The notes beneath the pieces were generated by a model that saw only the letters and a list, made by a program, of their open reading frames with translations, was not told the origin of the DNA and ran no database searches. Below, one piece after another: positions 20,115 through 29,389 of a stretch of 40,446 nucleotides of DNA. Made by a program: the position numbers and the translations under genes. Every line of letters begins with the position of its first letter. The first letter of the stretch is position 1. The stretch is from positions 1 to 40,446 of the forward strand of contig CBFGJV010000020.1 of the NCBI GenBank assembly GCA_965649205.1, in the 5' to 3' direction. The stretch is from a candidate division WOR-3 bacterium (lineage in GTDB: Bacteria > Hydrothermota > Tepidihabitantia > Tepidihabitantales > Tepidihabitantaceae).

Positions 20115-20146
20115 AGAGAGGGGCCAAGAGCCCCTCTCTGTTTTTT
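20115..20146 (+). terminator. Rho-independent terminator
   Basis: Perfect 10-bp stem AGAGAGGGGC/GCCCCTCTCT with 5-nt loop, followed by GTTTTTT. Confidence 0.9.
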
Positions 20147-20193
20147 CTTCCCGTTTCTTGACTTCGGCCTCCTCGCTTTTATGCTTCACCCCG

Positions 20194-22107
20194 ATGAATT
20201 CACTTGTTCAATCCTTCCGTTTGCACTTGGGTCGTAAGGAATACGACCAGCTGGATACTATTTGGCTCGAACTCATCGACCAGAATGTAGACACGGAGGA
20301 ACTGTTTGAACTGGTGGAACTCGTCGAGCGTTATGCCCCGGCTGGGAAAGCTGAGGAATTTCTCTGGATCCTAGCCGACGCCCTGAAAGCCAAGAAAAAA
20401 TGGGAGCCGCAGTTTCAAGCCCTGAAGCGCTTGGTGCGTCTGAGTGAGAAGGAAAGCAAGCTTGCCTCCGAACTGGCCGCAAACCTCCGTCAAAGTTATG
20501 GCCACGTGCCGGAGCTGGAAAAGCTGCTGCAGAAATCAGGGCTCACCTACGGTCAACCCTTGAAGCAGGCCCTCAACACCATGGAACGTTACATTCACCT
20601 GCTGCCCGGTTCCTGGCTCTACTGTACAGAATGGGGCGCATGTCGGGTGGCAAAACTAGACCTACTTTTAGGTCGTGTGACGGTCAGCTGTGCCGGTCTC
20701 ACCGAGTACACCCTCAATCTAGACTCGGCCCTAATGCGACTCCGCCCTTTGCCAGCCGGGGGATTTTTCCAGCGGTTGCATGAAAACAAAAACTCGCTCT
20801 TGCTCCTAGCCGAAGAGAATCCGGCTGAGCTGGTAGCCCTGTACCTCAGGGATACAAAGGAACCGGCTGGCAGTAAAGAATTGAAGTCGGCGCTGGCCGA
20901 GCTGGTCCCAGAACAGGCTTGGGAAGGATTCTGGAGCCGGGCGCGCCGGGAGCTGGAAAGCCACCCGCACGTGCTCGTGCGTACTCGACCGCAGAGAACA
21001 TACCAATGGTCGGATCAGCGCATACCTCGGCAAGAAGAAACCAGAACGCCCCCCAAGACGCCCTCGCTCAAAATCGAGCTACCTCCGCCGGAAGAAACTG
21101 CCAACCTGCCCGAACAAGAGCTACTCGAAAAATACAAGACTCTGAGTAATTCCGCCCAAAGACGCCAGCTGTTGGAAGCTGTGCTCAGAACTCGGCCCGA
21201 GCTTCTACCCCGATTGTTCGTCTCAGGTAAGGATAACAAGATACGCGCTTGGCTGCTGCGGGAACTGGAAAATACCGGTCAACGCCAGACGGTTTCAAAT
21301 CTCCTGGAGGCAACGCTTACCAGCTATCGCGAATACCCGGACGCCTTTCTCTGGCTGGCAGACTATGTTACTGACCATGCGCCTCACCTGACGCCGGCGG
21401 TGGTTACTCGTTTACTTGACCTGCTTGAATCTCAGACATTTCGCCGACGCTGGCCTGCCTTTGAGCACGCACTCGCCGCCCAAGAATACCGCCTGCTCCG
21501 AATTGCTCTAGAGACCCTCTCTGAACCGCAATTACGCGCTCTCTACTTACGTCTTACCCGGCTGCAGTCAATAGAAAACTTCCGCCAGGACGAAATCCGC
21601 CAGCTTTTCGCCGCTCGACTGCCCGACCTAGCTCGCCCCGAGACAGAGAACGTAGTTCTTTCGACCGCTGCCGGTATCGCTCGAGCAAAACAAGAACTGG
21701 CCAGACTCACAAATGAAGAACTCCCCCGCCTAGCCGAGGAAATCGGACGGGCTCGCGCCCACGGAGATCTGTCAGAGAACTATGAATACAAGGCTGCAAA
21801 GGAAAAACAGGCCAGATTGATTCAACGTATCAATCGTCTGCGCGCCGAACTTGCACAGGCACGGCCTATAACCACAGTAGATTGCTCTCAAGTTTCTGTA
21901 GGCTGTAAAGTAAAATTGATTGATGAAAACGGCACAACAGTAGAGTACGCTCTTCTTGGCCCTTGGGATTCTGACCCCGAACAAGGAATTATCTCCTACC
22001 TTGCTCCTCTAGGACAAAAACTGCTAGGACGTAAGCTGGGAGAATCGCTGGAATTGGAAGGTCGCATACACACCATCAAGGAAATTTCTGCCTTACCCCT
22101 AGTCTGA
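20194..22107 (+). CDS. GreA/GreB-family elongation factor with large N-terminal extension
   Basis: C-terminal T..G.....EL..L, ARAHGDLSENYEYKAAKE.Q, V.VG.KV, GPWDSDPE.GIISY.APLG. Confidence 0.88.
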   Translation: MNSLVQSFRLHLGRKEYDQLDTIWLELIDQNVDTEELFELVELVERYAPAGKAEEFLWILADALKAKKKWEPQFQALKRLVRLSEKESKLASELAANLRQSYGHVPELEKLLQKSGLTYGQPLKQALNTMERYIHLLPGSWLYCTEWGACRVAKLDLLLGRVTVSCAGLTEYTLNLDSALMRLRPLPAGGFFQRLHENKNSLLLLAEENPAELVALYLRDTKEPAGSKELKSALAELVPEQAWEGFWSRARRELESHPHVLVRTRPQRTYQWSDQRIPRQEETRTPPKTPSLKIELPPPEETANLPEQELLEKYKTLSNSAQRRQLLEAVLRTRPELLPRLFVSGKDNKIRAWLLRELENTGQRQTVSNLLEATLTSYREYPDAFLWLADYVTDHAPHLTPAVVTRLLDLLESQTFRRRWPAFEHALAAQEYRLLRIALETLSEPQLRALYLRLTRLQSIENFRQDEIRQLFAARLPDLARPETENVVLSTAAGIARAKQELARLTNEELPRLAEEIGRARAHGDLSENYEYKAAKEKQARLIQRINRLRAELAQARPITTVDCSQVSVGCKVKLIDENGTTVEYALLGPWDSDPEQGIISYLAPLGQKLLGRKLGESLELEGRIHTIKEISALPLV

Positions 22108-22123
22108 CAACACTTTCGCACTT

Positions 22124-22780
22124 GTGATACTACGCTTTGACCCCACTCATCCAGAATCTGATTTCATCGTCAAAGCCGCAAATATTGTCTCACAGGGCGG
22201 TACTGTAATCTTTCCTACCGAAACTGTGTACGGCATTGGCGCAGACCTCCGCGTCCCTGAAGCCATAAAAACTGTATTTCTTCTCAAACACCGCCCTCTC
22301 CACCAATCGCTGCTGGTACACTGCTCTCGGGTCTCGCAACTCACACTGCTGGTAACCGAAATCAGTCCCCTCGCCCGGCTTCTGATGGAAAAGTTTTGGC
22401 CCGGTTCCCTCTGCTTGGTATTCAAAGCCAACCCTGCTTTGCCCCCGACAGTCATCGGTCCAGGCCATACTGTCGGCATCCGTATGGTTGCTCACCCTGT
22501 AACCTGTGCACTCATAGACCAGATTGGCTCACCTTTAGCCGGAACCAGCGCCAACTTGCACGGACAACCCGCTACCAGTGATCCATCTCGGCTGGACCAG
22601 AATCTGCTCTCCCGCGTTGACGTAGTCCTGGACTCCGGAATCTGCGGAACTGGTAAGGCTTCAACCATTCTGGATGTTACGGTAGAACCGCCTCGTCTCG
22701 TCCGCTTGGGTGCGGTATCCTTGCGAGAAATTGAAGCAGTGATTGGTTACCGTCTACCGGTAAACCAGTCCAAAACTTAA
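22124..22780 (+). CDS. tsaC: L-threonylcarbamoyladenylate synthase (TsaC/Sua5/YrdC)
   Basis: FPTETVYGIGA, LK.RP, FWPG.L, TVGIRM, TSANLHG, STILD. Confidence 0.9.
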   Translation: MILRFDPTHPESDFIVKAANIVSQGGTVIFPTETVYGIGADLRVPEAIKTVFLLKHRPLHQSLLVHCSRVSQLTLLVTEISPLARLLMEKFWPGSLCLVFKANPALPPTVIGPGHTVGIRMVAHPVTCALIDQIGSPLAGTSANLHGQPATSDPSRLDQNLLSRVDVVLDSGICGTGKASTILDVTVEPPRLVRLGAVSLREIEAVIGYRLPVNQSKT

Positions 22781-22787
22781 CTGTCTC

Positions 22788-24386
22788 TCAGTAACGGTAC
22801 TCAACCTTCAAGCCAAAATCCAGTCCTGTCTTATTTTGCCCGATAACTCCCTTATGATTCTGGCTGGACCAGAACCATAACGCGACTGAAAGATACAAGT
22901 CCTGCAAGACGTACAGTTCCATCGTTGGCCCCAGTCGCCAAGTCTTATCCACCTCCTCAATAACCGTATCCGGCTCCGCACTTACATCCCACCCTCGTGA
23001 AGGAAACTCAGTATGGTGTCTCAAGTAAAGGGTATCATCTGGATTCTTGTAGCTCTTCCGACGATAGTCTCCCCGATTATGGTAGCCTCTGCGTGTAAAA
23101 TCAGCCGCCAGATTGAACTGAAGTTTTGCCGAAGGTATGAGACTCGTCACAAGCAAAGCCTGGTCTGCATCCGGTCCCAGCGGATGACCCAAAGATGCCC
23201 CGTAGTTGTCATACAGGAGCGAATGAATGTGATTATAGTAGGTAAAAGGCATGATGCGGGTATATTCCAAACGCCAGGCAACCGGCAGATTCGGTGCCCA
23301 ATACAGTCCCATTTGAGAAGCAGTAGCATTAGGTGCACTTCTGCGGGCATTAAACTCATAGTTGTCCAGAAACAGCTGCGCGTACAACTTCGTTCGAGGG
23401 AGGTATAACACTGCATCCCATCCCACTAGAAAATTCCCTTCATGACCGCTATTCGCTTCGGTGAAGTAGAGAGGAATGAGTGGATTCAATAGTCCGCCCA
23501 ACTGGCTGGGTTGATACTCATCCCACGAGGAAACGGCCAACATAGCTCCTCCTAGGGTCAACCGCTGAGCAAAAGACAATTCCAGCCGCTGGCCAGCGAG
23601 CAAACGCTGTTTCAATCCCCAGCGAGAAAGCAATGACACAAAAGACAAGAACTTAAAATTCTGATAAGAAGCAGATAGCTGCAAATGATCCAAGGCGGCA
23701 GCCGCGTCCGACAGCATCACCGACCCGGAATACCCCGGACCCCAGACAAATTCATCCCGACCCAGCTCTAGGCGCAACCAGGGAATCTTAAATGCCAAAT
23801 ACGCCAACTCTGTCTCCAATGTCACTCGATTCCTCCAGGGAAGCACCCGTTTTCCTGGTATGTGTCGGCCGGCAGAATCCCGCACAATAGATTCTTCCAG
23901 TATCGGCGGACGCCAAGCTGTGAACTCAAACTTTTCGTAGAAGGCGAAGACGTCTCCCGGTCGGTTATTCACCACTCCACCTACCGACAACCGCTGCGTA
24001 TCTCTATCCGCCAGCAGCCCAGAAAAACCATCCCCCTGTACAAAAGCATCAGCCAGACCGGGCACAGCTACATCCATCGGTTTTCGGCGTCGAGGCTTCC
24101 CAGACGCAGACCCGGCGAGTGCTTCGGAGAACTCGCTCCGCAGACGCTGTAGCGCACCAAGTTGGCCGGGCCCCGGTTTGACAATGGCCGCCACCGACTC
24201 TGCTTCGTCCACCAACCGCCTCACCTCGGCCCGGGTCCAGGGCTTACTGGTAGAAGGCAATGAAACTATGAAACCAGAAGTCTTGAGCAGGTCCAAGTCC
24301 CGATAGAACCGGGAACTGAGGGGCAAGTTCTCTAGACTGGCAAACCCCAAGGCACACCAAAGCCAGCTCAACAAAAGGATGCGCAC
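22788..24386 (-). CDS. Wzi-like (capsule assembly family) outer-membrane beta-barrel
   Basis: Signal peptide, helical N-terminus (KPWTR.E), GRD...WGPG.SGS..LSD, LGH.LGPD, terminal VEYRY aromatic strand. Confidence 0.75.
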   Translation of the reverse strand: MRILLLSWLWCALGFASLENLPLSSRFYRDLDLLKTSGFIVSLPSTSKPWTRAEVRRLVDEAESVAAIVKPGPGQLGALQRLRSEFSEALAGSASGKPRRRKPMDVAVPGLADAFVQGDGFSGLLADRDTQRLSVGGVVNNRPGDVFAFYEKFEFTAWRPPILEESIVRDSAGRHIPGKRVLPWRNRVTLETELAYLAFKIPWLRLELGRDEFVWGPGYSGSVMLSDAAAALDHLQLSASYQNFKFLSFVSLLSRWGLKQRLLAGQRLELSFAQRLTLGGAMLAVSSWDEYQPSQLGGLLNPLIPLYFTEANSGHEGNFLVGWDAVLYLPRTKLYAQLFLDNYEFNARRSAPNATASQMGLYWAPNLPVAWRLEYTRIMPFTYYNHIHSLLYDNYGASLGHPLGPDADQALLVTSLIPSAKLQFNLAADFTRRGYHNRGDYRRKSYKNPDDTLYLRHHTEFPSRGWDVSAEPDTVIEEVDKTWRLGPTMELYVLQDLYLSVALWFWSSQNHKGVIGQNKTGLDFGLKVEYRY

Positions 24387-24399
24387 CAGAACGAGCCGA

Positions 24400-25032
24400 C
24401 TATTGATGAATCACTCCCAACCAGTCTCGCAACAGGAACTGCAACCGACCAATAAGGAGCGACATACGGGCCATAACCGTGTAACCGAACGAAGCTCCAA
24501 ACCCGACCATCAGAAATACGATGCCGACCTCAGACGCAAGCTTCAGCGCACCTTTTCGCTCCCTTGAGAAAAAGAAGTAAAAAACCGAGCAGATAACGCC
24601 GACAAAAGAAATCAACCCCCAGAGCAACGCATCCCAGCGAGAGAATAGAGCAGGGGTCAACAAAGTGCCCTGAATCTGCTTCATGATGTTCGCCTGGAAA
24701 AATGCGGGTATAGCCACGCCAGAAGCCCAGCCCAGTACAAAAGCCATGGGAAAACGCACCAGCCAAGAAACTTGAGGAATAAACCGACAGAAATAGCACA
24801 ACCCCAGTACAAAGGGAATAATGTAAAGTAACTGTCCCTGGCGGAAAAGCGGAGTGATAAGGTCCGGATACACCGCATTGTACCAAGTCAAAGAAATGGA
24901 ATAACCAACTGAAACCCCCACGAACAAGTGCTCGCAAAACTTGTAGAAAGGGTTGTCCTTCCACAAAAAAGAGAAAATGCCAAAAGTAAGAATGACGGCA
25001 ATCCAGGTCAAAATATTAGTTGAGATATGCAT
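24400..25032 (-). CDS. Uncharacterised integral membrane protein (~6-7 TM)
   Basis: Hydrophobic; LT..IFSFLWKDNP.YK..EH.FVG and FLM.GFGA.FG.TVM.R.SLL..RL motifs; operon context. Confidence 0.85.
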   Translation of the reverse strand: MHISTNILTWIAVILTFGIFSFLWKDNPFYKFCEHLFVGVSVGYSISLTWYNAVYPDLITPLFRQGQLLYIIPFVLGLCYFCRFIPQVSWLVRFPMAFVLGWASGVAIPAFFQANIMKQIQGTLLTPALFSRWDALLWGLISFVGVICSVFYFFFSRERKGALKLASEVGIVFLMVGFGASFGYTVMARMSLLIGRLQFLLRDWLGVIHQ

Positions 25033-25060
25033 ACTTAGTCTCCCTTATTCTTCTTGCTTC

Positions 25061-25906
25061 TCACGCCCTTTTTCTCTTTCTGGTCACAAAGAAGGCAATA
25101 TTACCAATAACCACTAGGAGAAGAATGACTACGTGTGCAAGGGACTGTGAATCCATTGCTGCCACGGCCGGCATATAGGCATGGGAATATCCCGCCTTCG
25201 CCACCATCGCTTCATACTCGGCAGCTCCTTTCATGCCGGCCAGAAGGCCGGTCAGTTGTCCGCTCTGCAGATATGGATAAGCATCGGCAGCCGAAACAGC
25301 TGTCACGCCTGCTCCCACTTTCAACCCGTAACGCGACTGACCGTACAGTACCCAGTCGCCATAGCCCGGTGCCCCAGCAGATAACGAAATTGCCAGAGGA
25401 ATGTCCCGCAACTTCTGTATCTCGTTCATCATGGGTAAGGACTCCAGAGGATGTCCATAGTAGTCTGTGGGGTAAACGGTCTTGATATTCTCTCCCATAC
25501 CCAAAATCACCGCATCCACTCCAGCCTTCCAACCCAGATATACCACATCTTCGCCATACTTCTTGCCAAACTCGGGCGCAACCGTTGATACCGCCTGATC
25601 TGCCAATCCTGAACCCGGCAGCCATAAACCGCACAAGAGCACTTTCAGGTTACGGGCAAAGGCATGGCGCATCAGGGCCGTCAACATAGGATACAACTCG
25701 GGCATAGAGCTGGGATCAAAATCCACGGAAATAAGCAGAGCTCTGCCTTCTGGAATCGCCTCCACAGCCCGGAACAGAGCCGTAGCACGAGGACCAGACG
25801 TTACTCCCAGACCAAGAGGTTTGATCAGCGGCACAATCACGAATACCGCCATCACCAAATAAATGATGCGGCGATCAATGCGCAACAAAGCTTGAAAGAA
25901 CTTCAT
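25061..25906 (-). CDS. Uncharacterised membrane protein (N- and C-terminal TM, central alpha/beta domain)
   Basis: DRRIIYL, DFDPSS.PEL.P, YG.D.VYLGW, AYPYLQSGQL.GLL.G.KGAAEYE, MD.QSL.H. Confidence 0.85.
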   Translation of the reverse strand: MKFFQALLRIDRRIIYLVMAVFVIVPLIKPLGLGVTSGPRATALFRAVEAIPEGRALLISVDFDPSSMPELYPMLTALMRHAFARNLKVLLCGLWLPGSGLADQAVSTVAPEFGKKYGEDVVYLGWKAGVDAVILGMGENIKTVYPTDYYGHPLESLPMMNEIQKLRDIPLAISLSAGAPGYGDWVLYGQSRYGLKVGAGVTAVSAADAYPYLQSGQLTGLLAGMKGAAEYEAMVAKAGYSHAYMPAVAAMDSQSLAHVVILLLVVIGNIAFFVTRKRKRA

Positions 25907-25949
25907 CTCGCCCTCCCCTCACCGTGACCTTTGACAGACGTTATTCTCC

Positions 25950-26579
25950 TCATGACTTCCCTCCTCCCAGCCAGCCCCGTTCAATCCCCAAAATCACCTT
26001 CAGAGAAGTAGCAATACCACCCAAGGCTACTCCAAAAAGAATTGCCCGTTTAGCCGCCATGTTCGGCACCGAAAGCACCCACTCGGCTACTTCCGGCAGT
26101 TTGTGCCAGAGAGCGTTGCCTACCGGCACCATACCTAGCATGACAATGAAGGCGGCCAGAAGCAACAGCGCCGCTTCCTTAGTGCGAGCCCGGAAGGCGC
26201 GATATGCTGCCGAAGCCATATAGAATGCCAGAATGGCGAACATGGAAGCATTCAAGGGAACCAGAATATTGGAGAATATGATATTCTGCAGTATGGAACC
26301 AGGTTTCACTCCCCCGCCCAAGCCGATGATTGTAGTAATTGCAGCCGCCACCAACGTTACTATGGAATAGTACCAACCCTCCCGACGGCGCCGTAGTTTA
26401 TCAGTATGATACAGAACTAGACTGCCGGTGCCCAGAACCAGAGCAAAGGCTGCCACGATTCTTATCCACTTAGTCGTCAAATCGTAGAAGCCCACGGACA
26501 CCGGATGCGGCACGAAAAACTGTACCATCATGGCTATGCCCATAATGAGGCATATTGCCAGCGGCAAACTTCGTTTCAT
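25950..26579 (-). CDS. Uncharacterised integral membrane protein (~6 TM)
   Basis: GGAGG SD; PL.ASMFA.LAFY.ASAAYRAFR.RT.EA.LLL, A.RAI..G..LG, LG.ER. Confidence 0.85.
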   Translation of the reverse strand: MKRSLPLAICLIMGIAMMVQFFVPHPVSVGFYDLTTKWIRIVAAFALVLGTGSLVLYHTDKLRRRREGWYYSIVTLVAAAITTIIGLGGGVKPGSILQNIIFSNILVPLNASMFAILAFYMASAAYRAFRARTKEAALLLLAAFIVMLGMVPVGNALWHKLPEVAEWVLSVPNMAAKRAILFGVALGGIATSLKVILGIERGWLGGGKS

Positions 26580-26588
26580 TTTAACCTC

Positions 26589-27743
26589 CTAACTCGCACT
26601 GAAGAAACCCAGAATCTTGGCAAAGAAACTAAGCTGGGGAATTCTGCTCAGAAGTAGCAGAACAGAACCTAGGGTAACCACGCCTAATATGATCATCTTT
26701 CCCCAGTCTTGACCTTTAAGCGAACCCAGCAGCAGAGGTTCACGCGACAAATACGCGGAGGCCGCATACAGCTCTTCGCCAATAAGAGTGTAGTCACACG
26801 CCGTGATGAAGAACGGCAGCTGGAATACCGAATCAGTTCCTGCAATCTGGATAGCGCCAGTAGTGGCTCCAGTCTCCGCCAGTATCAGAGATTCGGCCCA
26901 GAAGGTACCCAAAAAGAAATTTGTGGCAGGCTTTTCTCTCACCATCAAGCCGTCGACTGCCGCGGCATAAGCAAACTGCTGGTCAGTGACAAAGAATACG
27001 TTATCAGACCTAAACGCATCTGGCCTTCCTGCTTTCGTATAAGCCTCTTTCACCACCTCCCGGACCACAGTGTATACAATCGGATCCCGGTTCGGGACAA
27101 GCAAAGCAGAATCGTACTGAGCCGTCTTCTTGGCTACTTCTCCCAATATGTTAATGGAAGCGATAGTGGCAATATCTGAAACCCCACCCAGACCCGGAAC
27201 ATAGACTATGGGCTTGCCCATCTCTGTCGCCCGGCCTACTGCCTCTTCTACCGCGTCCAGACCGGCGATACGCCGGACAAACAAGTTTTTCCCCGACCGC
27301 GCTGTTTCGATGAAGTATATCACCAACGCAAAGAAAACTATCATCGCAATCAATATGTTGAGACGGTTGGTATTGAAAAACTGAGGCGAGCTGGCCACCG
27401 GGTTCGTGAATTCTGACCAAGCAGTATCCGCTCCGGCAATCGCCGCTACTCGATAACGATAGGGTATCCTGTCTCTAACTTCTTCATCTGTATAGCTGTG
27501 CTCACTCGCCTTCACTCTAGCTACTACTACTGGTTCACTGTCCGGACCGGTCCGCTCCACCAACCATGCCTCCACCTCCGCATCCGTAGCCGGCTGCCAG
27601 CACAAGGTGATACTCTTACCTTTATCGTTGGGAGTATCCCAGGCCCTGACTCCCCGCGGGGATATTAACGGAGGCGGCGGCGATGAATCAGCCGGAGCTG
27701 CCGTTGACGCCAGCATCGTCAGTACAAGTGCTATGGATATCAT
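26589..27743 (-). CDS. FN3-like plus DUF6754-like membrane protein, paralogue B
   Basis: GGAGGT SD; signal peptide; DTPND.G.SI...W, Y.YRV.A; IAGLDAVEEAVGRATEMG, AESLILAETG, DYTLIGEELYAASAYLS. Confidence 0.85.
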   Translation of the reverse strand: MISIALVLTMLASTAAPADSSPPPPLISPRGVRAWDTPNDKGKSITLCWQPATDAEVEAWLVERTGPDSEPVVVARVKASEHSYTDEEVRDRIPYRYRVAAIAGADTAWSEFTNPVASSPQFFNTNRLNILIAMIVFFALVIYFIETARSGKNLFVRRIAGLDAVEEAVGRATEMGKPIVYVPGLGGVSDIATIASINILGEVAKKTAQYDSALLVPNRDPIVYTVVREVVKEAYTKAGRPDAFRSDNVFFVTDQQFAYAAAVDGLMVREKPATNFFLGTFWAESLILAETGATTGAIQIAGTDSVFQLPFFITACDYTLIGEELYAASAYLSREPLLLGSLKGQDWGKMIILGVVTLGSVLLLLSRIPQLSFFAKILGFFSAS

Positions 27744-27804
27744 AAACCTACCTCCTCGGCTTCCAAAAGTTACCCTTCGTCTATCTTCACTGATATTTTT
27801 CTAT

Positions 27805-28938
27805 CTAATCCGCTCCAAAGAACCCGGCAACATGCGAAAGAAAACGCAGCGCCGGGAAGCGGCTGAGCAAAAGTAAAATCGAACTCAAGCTTACCACAAC
27901 CAGAATAATGAGCTTGCCATAGTCCTGCCCCTTGAGCGAACCAAGAAACAGAGGTTCGCGGGACAGATAGGCTGAAGCTGCGTACAACTCTTCCCCGATT
28001 AAGGTATAGTCGCAAGCAGCGATGAAAAAGGGGAGCTGTCCGGCTCCGTCTGTTCCTGCAATCTGAATAGCTCCAGTCGTAGCTCCGGTCTCGGCGAGTA
28101 TCAGCGATTCCGCCGCAAAACCGCCCAGAAAGAAATTGGTAGCCGGTTTTTCTCTTACCATCAGACCGTCCACCGCAGCTGCGAATGCAAACTGATGATC
28201 GGTAACAAAGAAAATGTCCTCTGGTCTGTATGCGTCAGGCCGGCCCGCCCGGGTATACGCCTCTTTTGCCACCTCACGCATAACTGTGAATACTATCGGG
28301 TCAGCGCACGGCACAATCAGCCTGGAATCATATTGCGCCACCTTCCTCGCCACTTCGCCCAGAATATTGATGGAAGCAATAGTGGCTATACCATCCACAC
28401 CTCCGATACCCGGAACATAAACTATGGCCCGGCCCATCTCTGTAGCTCGACCGATGGCCTCTTCCACTGCATCCAGACCGGTAATACGACGTACAAAAAG
28501 CTGTTTTTTTCCGGCTTTCGCCTGATTGATATAGTAAACAACCAGAGTAGAAAAAACGAGTATGCCAATCAGTATGTTGATGCGGCTGGTGTTGAAAAAC
28601 TGGGGCGAACTCGCAACCGGCGCCGTCATTTCGCTCCAAATGGTGTCTGGACCATAAACCCCGCCTACCCGGTACTGATACTGTTGTCTATCCTGTGTTC
28701 CTTCATCCCGAAAGCTTGTGGCTCCCGCCGGGACAACTTCAATTACTGTTGTATCTGCAGCGAGTTGGGTTCGTTGCAGAAGCCAAAAGTCAGGTTCTGT
28801 CGGATTATCACTCTGCCACTCTATCGTTATTGAACCTCCCTTGTCGTTGGGAGTATCCCAAGCCTTTATTCTTATCGGTAGCACAGTCATCTGGTCGGCC
28901 GCAAACAAAACAGCAAGAATTGACATAACGGTACTCAT
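27805..28938 (-). CDS. FN3-like plus DUF6754-like membrane protein, paralogue A
   Basis: Collinear with and highly similar to 26589-27743; start ATG 28938 lies just after the mazG-like stop. Confidence 0.85.
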   Translation of the reverse strand: MSTVMSILAVLFAADQMTVLPIRIKAWDTPNDKGGSITIEWQSDNPTEPDFWLLQRTQLAADTTVIEVVPAGATSFRDEGTQDRQQYQYRVGGVYGPDTIWSEMTAPVASSPQFFNTSRINILIGILVFSTLVVYYINQAKAGKKQLFVRRITGLDAVEEAIGRATEMGRAIVYVPGIGGVDGIATIASINILGEVARKVAQYDSRLIVPCADPIVFTVMREVAKEAYTRAGRPDAYRPEDIFFVTDHQFAFAAAVDGLMVREKPATNFFLGGFAAESLILAETGATTGAIQIAGTDGAGQLPFFIAACDYTLIGEELYAASAYLSREPLFLGSLKGQDYGKLIILVVVSLSSILLLLSRFPALRFLSHVAGFFGAD

Positions 28939-28942
28939 TCGT

Positions 28943-29227
28943 CTACTCTTTACAGGTACAGGGAATCTGGTGACATTTGGGGCAACCAGCAGCATATTTG
29001 GCGCATGCTTGCTCCAAGTCCACCCCTTCCAGAGTAGCCAGACTTACCAGCCAGGCGAAAACATCTGCGAACTCTTCCCCCTTGCCTTGAGCGTCTCGCC
29101 GACGCATAGCCTTAGCCAGCTCCCCTACTTCTTCCACCAACCAGCGAAAAGTACCATCGCTGCCCCTACGGCTGTCTTTAGTATAGTATATCTCCTTTAT
29201 CAGACGTTGAAATTGCGCTACTGTCAC
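28943..29227 (-). CDS. MazG-like nucleotide pyrophosphohydrolase
   Basis: WLVEEVGELAKA, EEFADVFAWL.SLA...GVDL; C-terminal CP.C...PC.C. Confidence 0.9.
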   Translation of the reverse strand: MTVAQFQRLIKEIYYTKDSRRGSDGTFRWLVEEVGELAKAMRRRDAQGKGEEFADVFAWLVSLATLEGVDLEQACAKYAAGCPKCHQIPCTCKE

Positions 29228-29389
29228 CGTGCCAGTATGGCTAAAAACCCGTTCTAGTCAAGACAGACTCCGTGCAGGCTTGACTCTCTCCTGCCCTGCC
29301 CTATGCTAGACAAAAATGACAAAACAACCACTCTCCCCTGTTGTCCTTTCTTACCATTCCTGTTACGGAAACAAAGAACCGGTCGCCGT

